Shown here in pieces: positions 38,147-47,996 of a DNA stretch of 64,000 nucleotides. The position numbers and the translations under genes were made by a program. Source of the DNA: an uncultured Collinsella sp. (lineage in GTDB: Bacteria > Actinomycetota > Coriobacteriia > Coriobacteriales > Coriobacteriaceae); NCBI GenBank assembly GCA_902494165.1, contig CABUSD010000002.1:8050-72049 (forward strand). Direction: 5' to 3'. Within the stretch, counting starts at the first letter, position 1. Every line of letters starts with the position of its first letter. Below the pieces are notes generated by a model. The model was not told the DNA's origin and searched no databases. It saw nothing but the letters and a program-made list of their open reading frames with translations.

Positions 38147-39109
38147 TTAGCGGGTGGGATGCCAGACGTGGAGGACGCCGGCAAGGATGTCGACCTCGAT
38201 GCGCGAGGCGACAACGGGCTCGCCGTCGGCCTGGATGGGGTAGTCGGGCTCCTCAAAGGTGAGCTCGACATGGCGGCAGCGGCGCATGCGAACCGGCGGC
38301 AACTTGGTATGGTGGCCGTCCTTGGCCGAAAGAAACATAGGCAGGGCAACCGCACGCGGAACGGGGCCGCAGGCGTAGCAGACGTCGAGTACGCCGTCGC
38401 AGGGGTCGGCATCGGGGCAGATGCGATAGCCCGAGCCATAGGTAGGACCCAGCTGAATTGCCATGATGATCGCCCGCACGCGCTCGGCGGGCGCGCCATC
38501 AAAGCTGATGGTCATGGGGTAGTTGCGATAGCGCAGGCCAAACTGCTCAAGTCCCGATAGGGTGTAGAGCGGAGCGCCGGCGAGGCCCGTCTTTTTGCGC
38601 AGCTCGGTGGTGCCAAGGCCGATGGCGGCATCGATGCCGATCGAAAGCGTTTGATCGTAGTACTCAACGGTAGCCTCGCCGCTGCCGCTCGCTGGGCTCC
38701 ACGAGCGAATGCACCCGATGTCCTGACGCTGCAGCTCGCAGGTGAGCAGCGCGCCAAAATCCTTGCCGGAGAAATCGTCGATGCCGAGCGTCTGGGCAAA
38801 ATCGTTGCCGGAGCCTACGGGCAGGACGGCAAGGGCGGGACGGACCGCCTCATCCTGCGCCATAAGCCCGTTGACGACCTCGTGGATCACGCCGTCGCCG
38901 CCAAGGGCGATAACGGTGCGATAGCCCGTTGCCTGTGCGGCCAGCTCCTTGGCGTGTCCCATGCGCTCGGTCAGCACCAGGTCAAACTGGGATGCGCGCG
39001 CGGTCATATCCAAAAAGCGTTGCATGCGCTCGGCAACTTCGTGCGCCGCACCCGACTGGGCGGCTGGGTTGGCGATGATGAGCGTGCGGCCAAAATCAGT
39101 TGCGTGCAT
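38147..39109 (-). CDS. Diacylglycerol/lipid kinase family protein (YegS/DgkB-like)
   Basis: Start MHATDFGRTLIIANP... with RBS GGGAG. Motif ...IALGGDGVIHEVVNG... Confidence 0.8.
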   Translation of the reverse strand: MHATDFGRTLIIANPAAQSGAAHEVAERMQRFLDMTARASQFDLVLTERMGHAKELAAQATGYRTVIALGGDGVIHEVVNGLMAQDEAVRPALAVLPVGSGNDFAQTLGIDDFSGKDFGALLTCELQRQDIGCIRSWSPASGSGEATVEYYDQTLSIGIDAAIGLGTTELRKKTGLAGAPLYTLSGLEQFGLRYRNYPMTISFDGAPAERVRAIIMAIQLGPTYGSGYRICPDADPCDGVLDVCYACGPVPRAVALPMFLSAKDGHHTKLPPVRMRRCRHVELTFEEPDYPIQADGEPVVASRIEVDILAGVLHVWHPTR

Positions 39110-39196
39110 GGGGCGACTCCCGGCGTATGACGTGACGATGCGGTCGCGCTCAGGTCGAATTGCCCCCGATTGTGGCTGCACGTCGAGTACTTACGT

Positions 39197-40618
39197 CTAC
39201 TCTATCAGGTCGTTGTGGCGCTCGATAGCATCCGCTACCGTACCGCCCTCATCCACAATAAGCGAACGGCGCTTGGGCGAGATAATGCGCTGGGCGGGGT
39301 ACACGCCGCGGTGTCCGGCGGTTAGGTAGCTGATAAAGGCCACGATGACAAAGAACCCGGCAGCCGTGCCGTGGAACAGGTCGATGGCCATCATACAGGT
39401 GGTGATAGGCACGTTAAGGCCGGCGCAGAACACGCCGAGCATGCCCAGCGCTGCCAGAAAGCTGGGATCGATTCCGACGAGGCAACCTATCCAGCCGCCG
39501 AGCGCCGCACCGATACCAAACAGGGGCGTGACCTCGCCGCCTTGGAAGCCGGCACCCAGGGTGAGCGCTGTGACGACCAACTTGATGGCTGCGTCCGCCA
39601 GGGTGGTGTTGCCGGCAAATCCGGCGCCGGAAAGCCATGTGGAAAGGCCGGCGTAGTCCCAGGCGTCGAGGAGGGCATACGCGGCCAAAACCACGAGTGC
39701 GCCTATAAGTGCGCGAACGAGGTAATTGGTGATAAAGCGACCGTACAGGCTCTTGACGGTTCGAACTGACCAGGCAAAGAGGCGTGCCGTCAGACCGAAG
39801 ATAATGGCGCTGATAACAACGATGACAACCGTCCGTGGTGTCATGTTGGGAACGCTGGCGATAACATTCGCCTCGTACTCGGTACCCAGGGCGAGTGATG
39901 TAAAGTAGCCGGTAAACGAGGCGACCAGGCAGTAGATGCCCGCGGTGTAGTCGATCTTGCCGATAAAGCACATCTCCATGCCAAAGAAAGCTCCGGCAAG
40001 GGGCGAACCGAATACGGCGCCAAAGGCCGACGAGATGCCGGCGAGCATGAGGTCGTGGTGGTCATGCTTTTTAAGGTGGGCGAGGCTCGAGATGTTGCTG
40101 GCGATGGTGCCGCCAATCTGAACCGCGGCTCCCTCGCGACCGGCCGATCCACCCGTTAGGTGCGTGAGCGTGGAGCAGACGAAGGTGAGGACGGCCATGC
40201 GCATATGGATGAGGCGTGTGCCCAGAGCGGAGTCGATGACCAGGTTGTTACCGCGTTTGGCGGCAAGACCGTGGTTTTTGTACACCCATGCGGTGGCAAC
40301 GCCCACAACGGGAAGCAGTGCGTAAATCCACGCATGGTGCTCGCGATAGTCGGTGGCGATATTCAGCGAGGCCAAAAACGCCCAAGCGGCAACGCCCATG
40401 GCGAGCGAGACAATGACGACGAGCGCGAGCAACTTGGCGCTCGCGAGTAGGTTGCGGGCGTTGCGGCGCGTGTCGGCAGCCAGGAGATGCTCGGAGCGGG
40501 TAAGTTGATGCCTGCCTGCCGTGATGACGTCGTTCAGGGAGAAAAAGCCGCCGTCGTCGAGCGGCTGGGAATGATCCTGCGTTTCGTTTGCGCTTTCGGT
40601 TTTGTCGTTATGAGCCAT
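39197..40618 (-). CDS. ClC-family voltage-gated chloride channel / H+-Cl- antiporter
   Basis: About 473 aa with ClC motifs GSAGREGA and GFQGGEVTP. ATG 40618 with RBS AAGAGGA. Confidence 0.85.
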   Translation of the reverse strand: MAHNDKTESANETQDHSQPLDDGGFFSLNDVITAGRHQLTRSEHLLAADTRRNARNLLASAKLLALVVIVSLAMGVAAWAFLASLNIATDYREHHAWIYALLPVVGVATAWVYKNHGLAAKRGNNLVIDSALGTRLIHMRMAVLTFVCSTLTHLTGGSAGREGAAVQIGGTIASNISSLAHLKKHDHHDLMLAGISSAFGAVFGSPLAGAFFGMEMCFIGKIDYTAGIYCLVASFTGYFTSLALGTEYEANVIASVPNMTPRTVVIVVISAIIFGLTARLFAWSVRTVKSLYGRFITNYLVRALIGALVVLAAYALLDAWDYAGLSTWLSGAGFAGNTTLADAAIKLVVTALTLGAGFQGGEVTPLFGIGAALGGWIGCLVGIDPSFLAALGMLGVFCAGLNVPITTCMMAIDLFHGTAAGFFVIVAFISYLTAGHRGVYPAQRIISPKRRSLIVDEGGTVADAIERHNDLIE

Positions 40619-40828
40619 ACGTTCCTCTTTTAGGTTGCAACGCAAGCATTATAAAACGCGGTAAACGCGACGAGCCGGTGGGTTGGTTTCCATTCTGTTT
40701 CGCGGCCTGCAACCGACAGGTGTATTTGCGGGTACAGGCCGAGTCGCGGTCGTGCGTCGGGGGATTATACTGAGACAAGCATAAAGAATCGGCGCCCCTG
40801 TTGTGCGCCGTGGCATTAAGAGGTGCAT

Positions 40829-42091
40829 ATGGCAGAGAAGCTCATTCCGTTGGAGGACGCGCAGTCGATTGTCCTGTCGCACGTTGCTCCGACCGATCTC
40901 GTCGAGATTCCCGTGTGGCAGGCGGCTGGTTTTCCCTTGGCCGAGGACGCGGTGGCCGATATCGACATCTCGCCGTTTGCCAACAGCGCTATGGACGGAT
41001 ATGCCGTGAGCTCGGCGGACTTGGCGCAGGCATCTGGCGAGGCGCCGGTGACGCTCGACGTTATCGGACACGAGGCCGCGGGCCATGTGTTTGAGGGCGC
41101 AATCGGCGCGGGCGAGACGGTCCGCATCATGACGGGCGCGCCGGTACCCGAGGGTGCCGATGCCGTGGTGAAGTACGAGATCGTCGATGTGCTCGACGGT
41201 GACGGCAACGAGGGCTCGCGTGTGGGGTTCTCGGCGCCGGCCAAGGTGGGGGAGAACGTTCGCTCTGCCGCCGAGGAGGCCCATGCCGGCGACGTCGTGA
41301 TGCGTGCTGGCGAGGTTGTGGCTCCGGCGGGCGCGGGTCTGCTGGCAAGCGCCGGATACGCGAGCGTGAAGGTGCACGCTGCCCCACGTGTGGGCATCAT
41401 CTCGCTGGGCACGGAACTGGTCGCACCGAGCAAGGTACCGGCGCGCGGTCAGATTCGCGACTCCAACTCGTCGGCGCTGATGGCTGAGGCACTCGATGCC
41501 GGTGCCGAGCCCGTGTTCTACGGCATTGCGCCCGATGATGAGCAGGCGATCTCCGAGCTTGTGCATCGCGCCGTGCAGGAGTGCGATTTTGTCATTACGA
41601 GCGGTGGCGCCTCGGCGGGTGATTACGATTTCGTGACGGCGCTCGTCCGGTGCGAGGGCGAGGTGCTGTTTGACCGTATCTCGATGCGTCCGGGCAAGGC
41701 CATCACGTTTGGCTTGCTCGGGGGTAAGCCCTACCTGGGACTTTCAGGCAATCCGGCCGCGGCGTATGTGGGCTTTGAGATGCTCGCCCGCCCGGCGATT
41801 CGCAAGATGCGCGGCTTTGCCGAGGGTGCGCGTCCCGTGCAGCAGGCGACGCTCACACACGACGTGAAAAAGCGACAGCATCGCCGCTTCTTCGATCGCG
41901 CGACGGTTTTGCGCGACCCCGAGACCGGTGAGCTGTTGGTGACCGAGGCCAAGACGCAGAATTCGGCGCTGCTCGGCACGATGCAGCGGGCCAACTGCCT
42001 GCTGCGCATTGACGAAGGACCGTGCGACTTCAAGGCTGGCGCTGCCGTGGACGTCGTGCGCGTCGACCTGCCTGAGGGAACGGTGTTGTAG
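40829..42091 (+). CDS. moeA: Molybdopterin molybdotransferase
   Basis: MoeA features (...SPFANSAMDGYAV..., ...IITSGGASAGDYD...). ATG 40829 with RBS AAGAGG. Confidence 0.9.
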   Translation: MAEKLIPLEDAQSIVLSHVAPTDLVEIPVWQAAGFPLAEDAVADIDISPFANSAMDGYAVSSADLAQASGEAPVTLDVIGHEAAGHVFEGAIGAGETVRIMTGAPVPEGADAVVKYEIVDVLDGDGNEGSRVGFSAPAKVGENVRSAAEEAHAGDVVMRAGEVVAPAGAGLLASAGYASVKVHAAPRVGIISLGTELVAPSKVPARGQIRDSNSSALMAEALDAGAEPVFYGIAPDDEQAISELVHRAVQECDFVITSGGASAGDYDFVTALVRCEGEVLFDRISMRPGKAITFGLLGGKPYLGLSGNPAAAYVGFEMLARPAIRKMRGFAEGARPVQQATLTHDVKKRQHRRFFDRATVLRDPETGELLVTEAKTQNSALLGTMQRANCLLRIDEGPCDFKAGAAVDVVRVDLPEGTVL

Positions 42092-42101
42092 GAGGAAGAC
42101 T

Positions 42102-42581
42102 ATGGAGTTGAAGATTTCGATTGTGACGTGTTCGGACACGCGCGATCTTGCGCAGGATGAGGCCGGAGCCGCGCTCGAGGAGCTTATCGAGGCGCAGGGC
42201 TGGACGGTCTCCTCACGCGTGGTCGTACGCGACGACGTCAGCGAGATCGGTGATGCCATTGCGGAAGCCGCCGATGAGTGCCACGCCAATGTCGTGCTCA
42301 CCTGCGGCGGAACGGGTCTTTCGATGCGCGACGTGACACCCGAGGCGACGCGTGCCGTCTGCGACCGCGATGTGCCGGGTATTGCCGAGGCGATTCGCGC
42401 GTACTCGATGACTAAGACGCGCCGCGCTATGCTCTCGCGCGCCGTGTGCATGCAACGAGGTCATACACTTGTCGTAAACTTTCCCGGTTCTACGAAGGCC
42501 GCCCGCGAAAGCTGGGAGGCCATAGCAGACCAGCTGGAGCACGCGGCTCAGATGACAGCGGGCGGCGGACATACCAACTAA
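42102..42581 (+). CDS. mogA: MogA/MoaB-family molybdenum cofactor biosynthesis protein
   Basis: RBS TAGGAGGAAG. Motifs ...VVLTCGGTGLSMRDVTPEA... and ...LVVNFPGSTKA. Confidence 0.85.
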   Translation: MELKISIVTCSDTRDLAQDEAGAALEELIEAQGWTVSSRVVVRDDVSEIGDAIAEAADECHANVVLTCGGTGLSMRDVTPEATRAVCDRDVPGIAEAIRAYSMTKTRRAMLSRAVCMQRGHTLVVNFPGSTKAARESWEAIADQLEHAAQMTAGGGHTN

Positions 42582-42784
42582 GCGGTTTACCTGCGGCGGG
42601 GCGACCTAAACGGCTGCTCCGCCTTTGTTTTCCGCCGAAGCGACGCCGAGGTGCACGGTAACTTGAAACTATATTCTCTGACGAGAATAATATCTCACTA
42701 TCATTATTCGCGCAGAAGTATAATCTGGTTGCAGATTAAAGCCCGCGGCGGGGTGCCCGGGCGTAGCGTTCGAAAGGGTTGAAT

Positions 42785-43660
42785 ATGTTCGATATGGTTT
42801 CTCGCCGCGGATTCGTCTCGCTTTCTGCTGTCGCCGCTGCCGGCCTCGGTCTTGCCGGCTGCTCGGGCAACAAGACGTCCGAGCCTGCTGGTTCCGATGC
42901 CGGCTCCGCCAAGTCTTCCTCTAAGAAGAAGACTGTCGAGCTGCAGGTCTTTGCCGCCAACTCGCTCGAGAAGGCCTTGCCCGAGGTCCAGGAGCTCTAC
43001 ACCGAGCAGACCGGCACCACGTTTGCCGACACGCAGTTTAAGGCGTCCGGCGACCTCGTCGAGCAGATGCGTGCCGGCGCCACGGTCGACGTGCTCATCA
43101 CTGCTTCCAAGGGCACCATGGATGACGCTGAGACCGCTGAGCTCGTCGACACCGACACCCGCGAGGATATGTTCGTCAACGACCTCGTGATCATTCGCGC
43201 CGAGGGCTCCGACACCAAGGTCGAGGCCATCGCCGACGTCGCGAACCTGGACGGCAAGATCGCCATTGGCGACGCCAAGACCGTCCCCGCCGGCAAGTAC
43301 GCCAACCAGGCCCTGGCCTCCGTGGGCCTCTATACCGGCACCGAGGGCGACGACGGCGAGTATGCTCCCGAGATCGCCGACAAGGTCGCCCTGGCCGACA
43401 AGGTTGGCACTGCTGCCGCCTATGTGTCCACAGGCGACTGCGTGGCCGGTTTTGTCTACAGCTCCGACATCTTCCGCTACGATGGCATCGAGGAGGCCTT
43501 CGTTTGCCCCGAGGATTCGCACAAGCCCATCGTGTACCCGGGTGCCGTTGCCGATGGCTCCGAGCACGCCGACGAGGCCAAGGCGTTTATCGACTTCTGC
43601 CTGTCTAACAAGAAGGCTCAGAAGATTTGGGCTAAGTACGGCTTTGAGCTTTCCGCGTAG
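42785..43660 (+). CDS. modA: Molybdate ABC transporter substrate-binding lipoprotein (Tat-type signal)
   Basis: SRRGFVSLSAVAAAGLGLAGCSG (twin-Arg plus lipobox), then a ModA-like body (...VFAANSL..., ...TVPAGKYA...). Confidence 0.85.
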   Translation: MFDMVSRRGFVSLSAVAAAGLGLAGCSGNKTSEPAGSDAGSAKSSSKKKTVELQVFAANSLEKALPEVQELYTEQTGTTFADTQFKASGDLVEQMRAGATVDVLITASKGTMDDAETAELVDTDTREDMFVNDLVIIRAEGSDTKVEAIADVANLDGKIAIGDAKTVPAGKYANQALASVGLYTGTEGDDGEYAPEIADKVALADKVGTAAAYVSTGDCVAGFVYSSDIFRYDGIEEAFVCPEDSHKPIVYPGAVADGSEHADEAKAFIDFCLSNKKAQKIWAKYGFELSA

Positions 43661-43728
43661 TGCGGCTTGGCGCGATAATTCCATCGTTTTGTGTTTCACT
43701 CCGTCCTTGTATTCACTTGGAGCTTTTC

Positions 43729-45171
43729 GTGCTTAATAGATTCCGCATGTTTGTCGCCTGTGCTTTGACCTTCGCGCTTTGCTGGGTGCCGGGATTTGCG
43801 TTTGCTGGGGGCGCTGAGGACGGGGCCCAGGTTGCTGCGACCGCTCATGGGCTTTCCTACGGGATCGAGGGTTTTGAGCGGCTGGCCAAGGGGACCGCTC
43901 GTGCCATGGAGGGCCAGCCTGAGGGCTACCGGTTTCCCGTTGACGAGGACGTGGACCTTGTAGTGGCGCCTGCTGCCGATCGCGTTGTGGTGTGGATATC
44001 GCCCAAGGCGGTCGAGAAGTATGGACTGGATCCGCAGGACAACGAGTGCGTATCGGGTCTCAAGGCCCTCGTCTGTAAGCTCGACAGCGCAAACTGCATG
44101 GGAGGTGCGCAGCTAGGGGACGTGGATCTTCCTTGGTATGTTACGGCGGAAACAACGTTTGATGCTGGCGGGTATACCTATAGCTTTGACGAGCGCGGTG
44201 TGGATGGGGACCGCTATGTGGTGATTGCATCAGCCTCGGGTGATGCCAAGGGCGGCGCGCGTTGGCTTGATAGCGCTCAAATGGTAGAGGCATCGTCTGT
44301 CGTGTTGCGGGATGAGCAGGGGCCCTTGACCTCTCTGGCCTCCTTATTGGGCGACATCGACTATCGCCCATTTTGGGTGTCCATAAAAACGAGCGGCCTT
44401 GCACTGCTGATCTCCTTTGCGTTGGGCCTGTTCGCCGCGTGGAAGACTATGGGTACCTCGAGTCGCATCAAGGGCCTGCTCGATTCGGTCTTTACGATTC
44501 CTATGGTGCTGCCGCCCACGGTCTGCGGTTTTCTGCTCCTCATGCTGTTTGGTCGCTCGACCGGGGTGGGCCAGTGGCTCATCGCGCACGGCGTCTCCAT
44601 CGTCTTTACGTGGCCCGCAGCGGTGATATCTGCCGTGGTGGTGTCGTTCCCGCTCGTCTATCGTACGGCACTCGGAGCCTTCGAGAGCCTCGACACGCAG
44701 ATGCTCGACGCCGCGCGAACCCTGGGATGGTCCGAGCGTCGCATCTTTACCAAGCTTATGATGCCGCTTGGTTGGCCCTCGATTGCCGCCGGCACGGTGC
44801 TCGCCTTTGCCCGCGCGATGGGCGAGTTTGGCTGCACCCTGTTCTTTGCGGGCAACTACGCCGGCATTACCCAGACCATCCCCATCGCCATCTACTTTGA
44901 GTGGATGGGCGGCAACACCTCGGTGGCCCTCTTTTGGGTCGCCGTCGTGATCGTCTTTAGCTTTTTGGTCATCCTGTTCATCAACATGTATACGGCACAT
45001 TCGCAAAAGTACCGCGAGCGTGGCCTTTCCCGTGCGGAGCGCAAGAAGGCCAAAGAGCTCGCCGGTCAGGGCGATTCGCTCGACCCGGCGGGCGGCGATG
45101 CCCTGCGTATCGATCGCGAGGCATTGGCTGAGCTCATGCGCGATGATGCGGCGCCGCAGGGAGGTCGATAG
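43729..45171 (+). CDS. modB: Molybdate ABC transporter permease fused to an N-terminal roughly 225-aa extracytoplasmic domain
   Basis: The C-terminal half aligns by eye with ModB (LLDSVFTIPMVLPPTV, EAA loop DAARTLGWSERRIFTKLMMP). The N-terminus has a signal/anchor (FVACALTFALCWVPGFAFA) followed by an unassigned domain. Start is GTG 43729 or ATG 43747. Confidence 0.75.
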   Translation: MLNRFRMFVACALTFALCWVPGFAFAGGAEDGAQVAATAHGLSYGIEGFERLAKGTARAMEGQPEGYRFPVDEDVDLVVAPAADRVVVWISPKAVEKYGLDPQDNECVSGLKALVCKLDSANCMGGAQLGDVDLPWYVTAETTFDAGGYTYSFDERGVDGDRYVVIASASGDAKGGARWLDSAQMVEASSVVLRDEQGPLTSLASLLGDIDYRPFWVSIKTSGLALLISFALGLFAAWKTMGTSSRIKGLLDSVFTIPMVLPPTVCGFLLLMLFGRSTGVGQWLIAHGVSIVFTWPAAVISAVVVSFPLVYRTALGAFESLDTQMLDAARTLGWSERRIFTKLMMPLGWPSIAAGTVLAFARAMGEFGCTLFFAGNYAGITQTIPIAIYFEWMGGNTSVALFWVAVVIVFSFLVILFINMYTAHSQKYRERGLSRAERKKAKELAGQGDSLDPAGGDALRIDREALAELMRDDAAPQGGR

Positions 45172-45174
45172 GCC

Positions 45175-46245
45175 ATGTCACTCGTTTTGGATATCAAAAA
45201 GCACTATCCCGGGTTTATGCTCGACATGCAACTTGAGGCTGGCGAGGAGCGTGTGGCGCTGCTCGGTGCCTCGGGTTGCGGCAAGAGCTGCACGCTGCGC
45301 TGCATTGCCGGCGTGGAGACGCCCGACGAGGGCAAGATCGTCGTCAACGGCGTGATCTTCTTTGACTCGGCGGCGGGCATCAACCTGTCGCCCCAGGAGC
45401 GCAAATGCGCCCTGCTGTTCCAAAACTATCAGCTGTTTCCCAACATGACGGTGGCCGATAACGTATGCGCCGGTGTAAAGGATGCGGGCGACGCCGCCGC
45501 GCGCAAAAAGCTCGCCGAGCGCTATCTGAGCATTTTTGGTCTAGCCGATTTTGCCGACCGCTACCCCGCGCGACTCTCTGGCGGGCAGCAGCAACGCGTG
45601 GCGCTTGCCCGTATGGTGGCGGCGCATCCGGGCATTTTTATGTTCGACGAGCCCATGAGCGCACTCGATTCCTATCTTAAGAGCGCCCTCGAACAGAACA
45701 TGCTAGACCTGTTCGATGTATGCAACCGCACCGTGCTCTACGTGAGCCACGACATCGACGAAGCGTGCCGCCTGTGCCAGCGCATCTGCGTGATGCACGA
45801 CGGGCGTGTGGAGGAGATCGGCTCCGTCGAGGACGTGGTCCGTCGTCCGCAGACGCTGGCGGCACTGCGCCTGACGGGCTGCAAGAACACAAGCCGGGCG
45901 CGCAAGATCGGCGACGAAGAAGTTGAGGCGCTCGATTGGGGCATGACCTTTAACGTGGGTCGCGAGGTTCCCGATAATGTGGCGTACCTGGGCATTCGCG
46001 CGAGCTACTTCCATGTGGACAACCGTGCCGAGCGGGGTCGCAACAGCTACGACCTGCACGTGGCGCGCGTGAGCGATTCGCGTTTTGAGCGCCTGGTGCT
46101 GTTGGATGCGCCGCGGGCCGATGCGCCAACGCGTCTGCAGTGGAAGGTCAACAAATTGAGCGTACCAGCGGATGGGTTACCGCAAGAAGGCGAGACCCTG
46201 CGTATGCATTTTGATGCCAGCAGGATCCATTTGGTTTGTCGATAG
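45175..46245 (+). CDS. modC: Molybdate ABC transporter ATP-binding protein with C-terminal TOBE-like domain
   Basis: Walker A GASGCGKS, signature LSGGQQQRV, Walker B IFMFDEP. Confidence 0.85.
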   Translation: MSLVLDIKKHYPGFMLDMQLEAGEERVALLGASGCGKSCTLRCIAGVETPDEGKIVVNGVIFFDSAAGINLSPQERKCALLFQNYQLFPNMTVADNVCAGVKDAGDAAARKKLAERYLSIFGLADFADRYPARLSGGQQQRVALARMVAAHPGIFMFDEPMSALDSYLKSALEQNMLDLFDVCNRTVLYVSHDIDEACRLCQRICVMHDGRVEEIGSVEDVVRRPQTLAALRLTGCKNTSRARKIGDEEVEALDWGMTFNVGREVPDNVAYLGIRASYFHVDNRAERGRNSYDLHVARVSDSRFERLVLLDAPRADAPTRLQWKVNKLSVPADGLPQEGETLRMHFDASRIHLVCR

Positions 46246-46674
46246 CGCCGGGTAATGCCGTCGGGGATATAAGCCTCGGCGGCTTTGCCTTGCCGCTCGC
46301 CGAATGGGGAATGACAAACTCTTATCAACACAGATAATTATTTATTAAACGACGGCACACGAGGTTGTCGTACGAATGTCAACGGTGTTCGCATGGTCGA
46401 CGACCGTTGATATAGTTGACCTCAACTTGTAGAGGAGGGTGCGCACATGCCGCAGACGACATACATTCGCCGCGTTGCCGCGCGTGCCCTATATATGGCT
46501 CGGAGCCGCATATGAGCAGGTATGTTCACGGCTCCGGGAGAGACGACGCACAACTAAAAAACCGTCCGCAAGGCAGGTTCCCTAAAATTCCGGGTTTAGG
46601 CGCGGCTGGGTTTTCGCCACCCACCGTGCAGCAATACCGTAGCTATTCATTTTTGGTTCAAGAGGGGAACCGTT

Positions 46675-47841
46675 ATGGCTGAAGCAATCGAAGAAGTCAA
46701 GCTGCCCAGCACGTTTGAGGAGTTCAACGAGCAGCGCAAGGCGGCGTTTATTCGCGTCAAGGATTATAAGCAGGCGGGTAATCGCCTGGTCGGTTTTCTG
46801 TGCAGCTACACGCCGCTCGAGATTATCGATGCCGCGGGGGCTGCGAGCGTGGCGCTGTGCGGCACGTCCGACGAGGTGATTCCCGAGGCCGAGAAGGTGC
46901 TGCCGGCAAACCTGTGCCCGCTCATCAAGTCTACGTATGGTTTTGCCTATTCGCAAAAGTGCCCGTTTACGTACTTTAGCGACATGATCATCGGCGAGAC
47001 CACCTGCGACGGCAAGAAGAAGATGTACGAGCTGCTCAACGAGCTCAAGCGCACGCACATTCTGCACCTGCCGCAGAGCCGCGATCGCGCCCACGAGCGC
47101 GAGGGCTGGTACGAGGAGTGCCGCCTGCTCAAGGAGGAGCTCGAGAACTTCTACGGCATCGCGATTACCGACGATGATCTGCGCGCTGCCGTGCGCCGTC
47201 GCAATCGCCTGCGTGCGGCCCAGCTCGAGATGTTTGCGCTGCAGGCCAACCAGCCGGCGGCCATGAGCGGCGTCGACCTGATGAGTACCATGTTTGCCGG
47301 TACGTTCAGCTTTGATATCGAGGCCTATACGCAGCAGCTGGAGCAAAAGGTTGCCAAGCTGCGCGAGGCCTACGACGCGGGCGAGCGCCCGGTCGCGGCG
47401 GATGCCAAGCGCATTCTGATCACCGGCTGCCCGGTGGGCGGCGTAATCAACAAGATCGGTCGCACCATCGAGTCCAACGGCGGCGTGGTCGTGTGCATGG
47501 ACGACTGCTCGGGCGAGCGCACGGCGGCTATGATGATCGACCCGGACGCGCCCGACATTCTGCGCGCCATCGCCGACCGCTACCTGGATATCAACTGTTC
47601 GGTCATGACGCCCAACGACGGCCGCATGGAAAACACGCTGGCCATGTGCGAGAAGTACCATGTCGATGGCGTGGTAGAGAGCGTGCTACAGGCCTGCCAC
47701 ACCTTCAACGTTGAGAGCGCGCGCATGCAGGAGGCTGTCGAGGGTGCGGGTATTCCGTATATGAAGATCGAGACCGACTACAGCAACGGTGACATGGGCC
47801 AGATCGAGACCCGCATCGCCGCCTTCATCGAAACCCTCTAG
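46675..47841 (+). CDS. 2-hydroxyacyl-CoA dehydratase-family protein, single-subunit YjiM-like (double-cubane cluster protein family)
   Basis: 388 aa with RBS AGAGGGG. Conserved Cys positions ([35 protein letters not shown]) are typical of the HGD-D family. Its size matches the single-subunit members. Confidence 0.7.
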   Translation: MAEAIEEVKLPSTFEEFNEQRKAAFIRVKDYKQAGNRLVGFLCSYTPLEIIDAAGAASVALCGTSDEVIPEAEKVLPANLCPLIKSTYGFAYSQKCPFTYFSDMIIGETTCDGKKKMYELLNELKRTHILHLPQSRDRAHEREGWYEECRLLKEELENFYGIAITDDDLRAAVRRRNRLRAAQLEMFALQANQPAAMSGVDLMSTMFAGTFSFDIEAYTQQLEQKVAKLREAYDAGERPVAADAKRILITGCPVGGVINKIGRTIESNGGVVVCMDDCSGERTAAMMIDPDAPDILRAIADRYLDINCSVMTPNDGRMENTLAMCEKYHVDGVVESVLQACHTFNVESARMQEAVEGAGIPYMKIETDYSNGDMGQIETRIAAFIETL

Positions 47842-47996
47842 CTTCCTCAGGCACCGGATCTTGCTCCTCAAACCGTCGCTTGCGTACCCAAAGTACGCTG
47901 CGCTCCTCTTTCGGGGCAATCTCCGGCACCTGAGAAACCTAGAGCTAAGGCGCCTGAACGCGCCGCTACCTTTGATGTTTAGATTGGGAGAGAGCC

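Noticed and set aside
40619-40828. Moco riboswitch upstream of moeA (contains GGCCGAG and a later CCCC...AAGAGG), and also upstream of modA.
   Set aside because: I could not assemble the conserved Moco-motif helices by eye. Only isolated short matches are present, so a covariance-model search is needed before any claim.
47842-47996. Apparent inverted repeat CCTCAGGCACCGGA / TCCGGCACCTGAGA in the 155-nt spacer between the HGD-family gene and its activase.
   Set aside because: The two segments are mirror-like rather than reverse-complementary, with several mismatches when properly complemented, so no stable hairpin forms.
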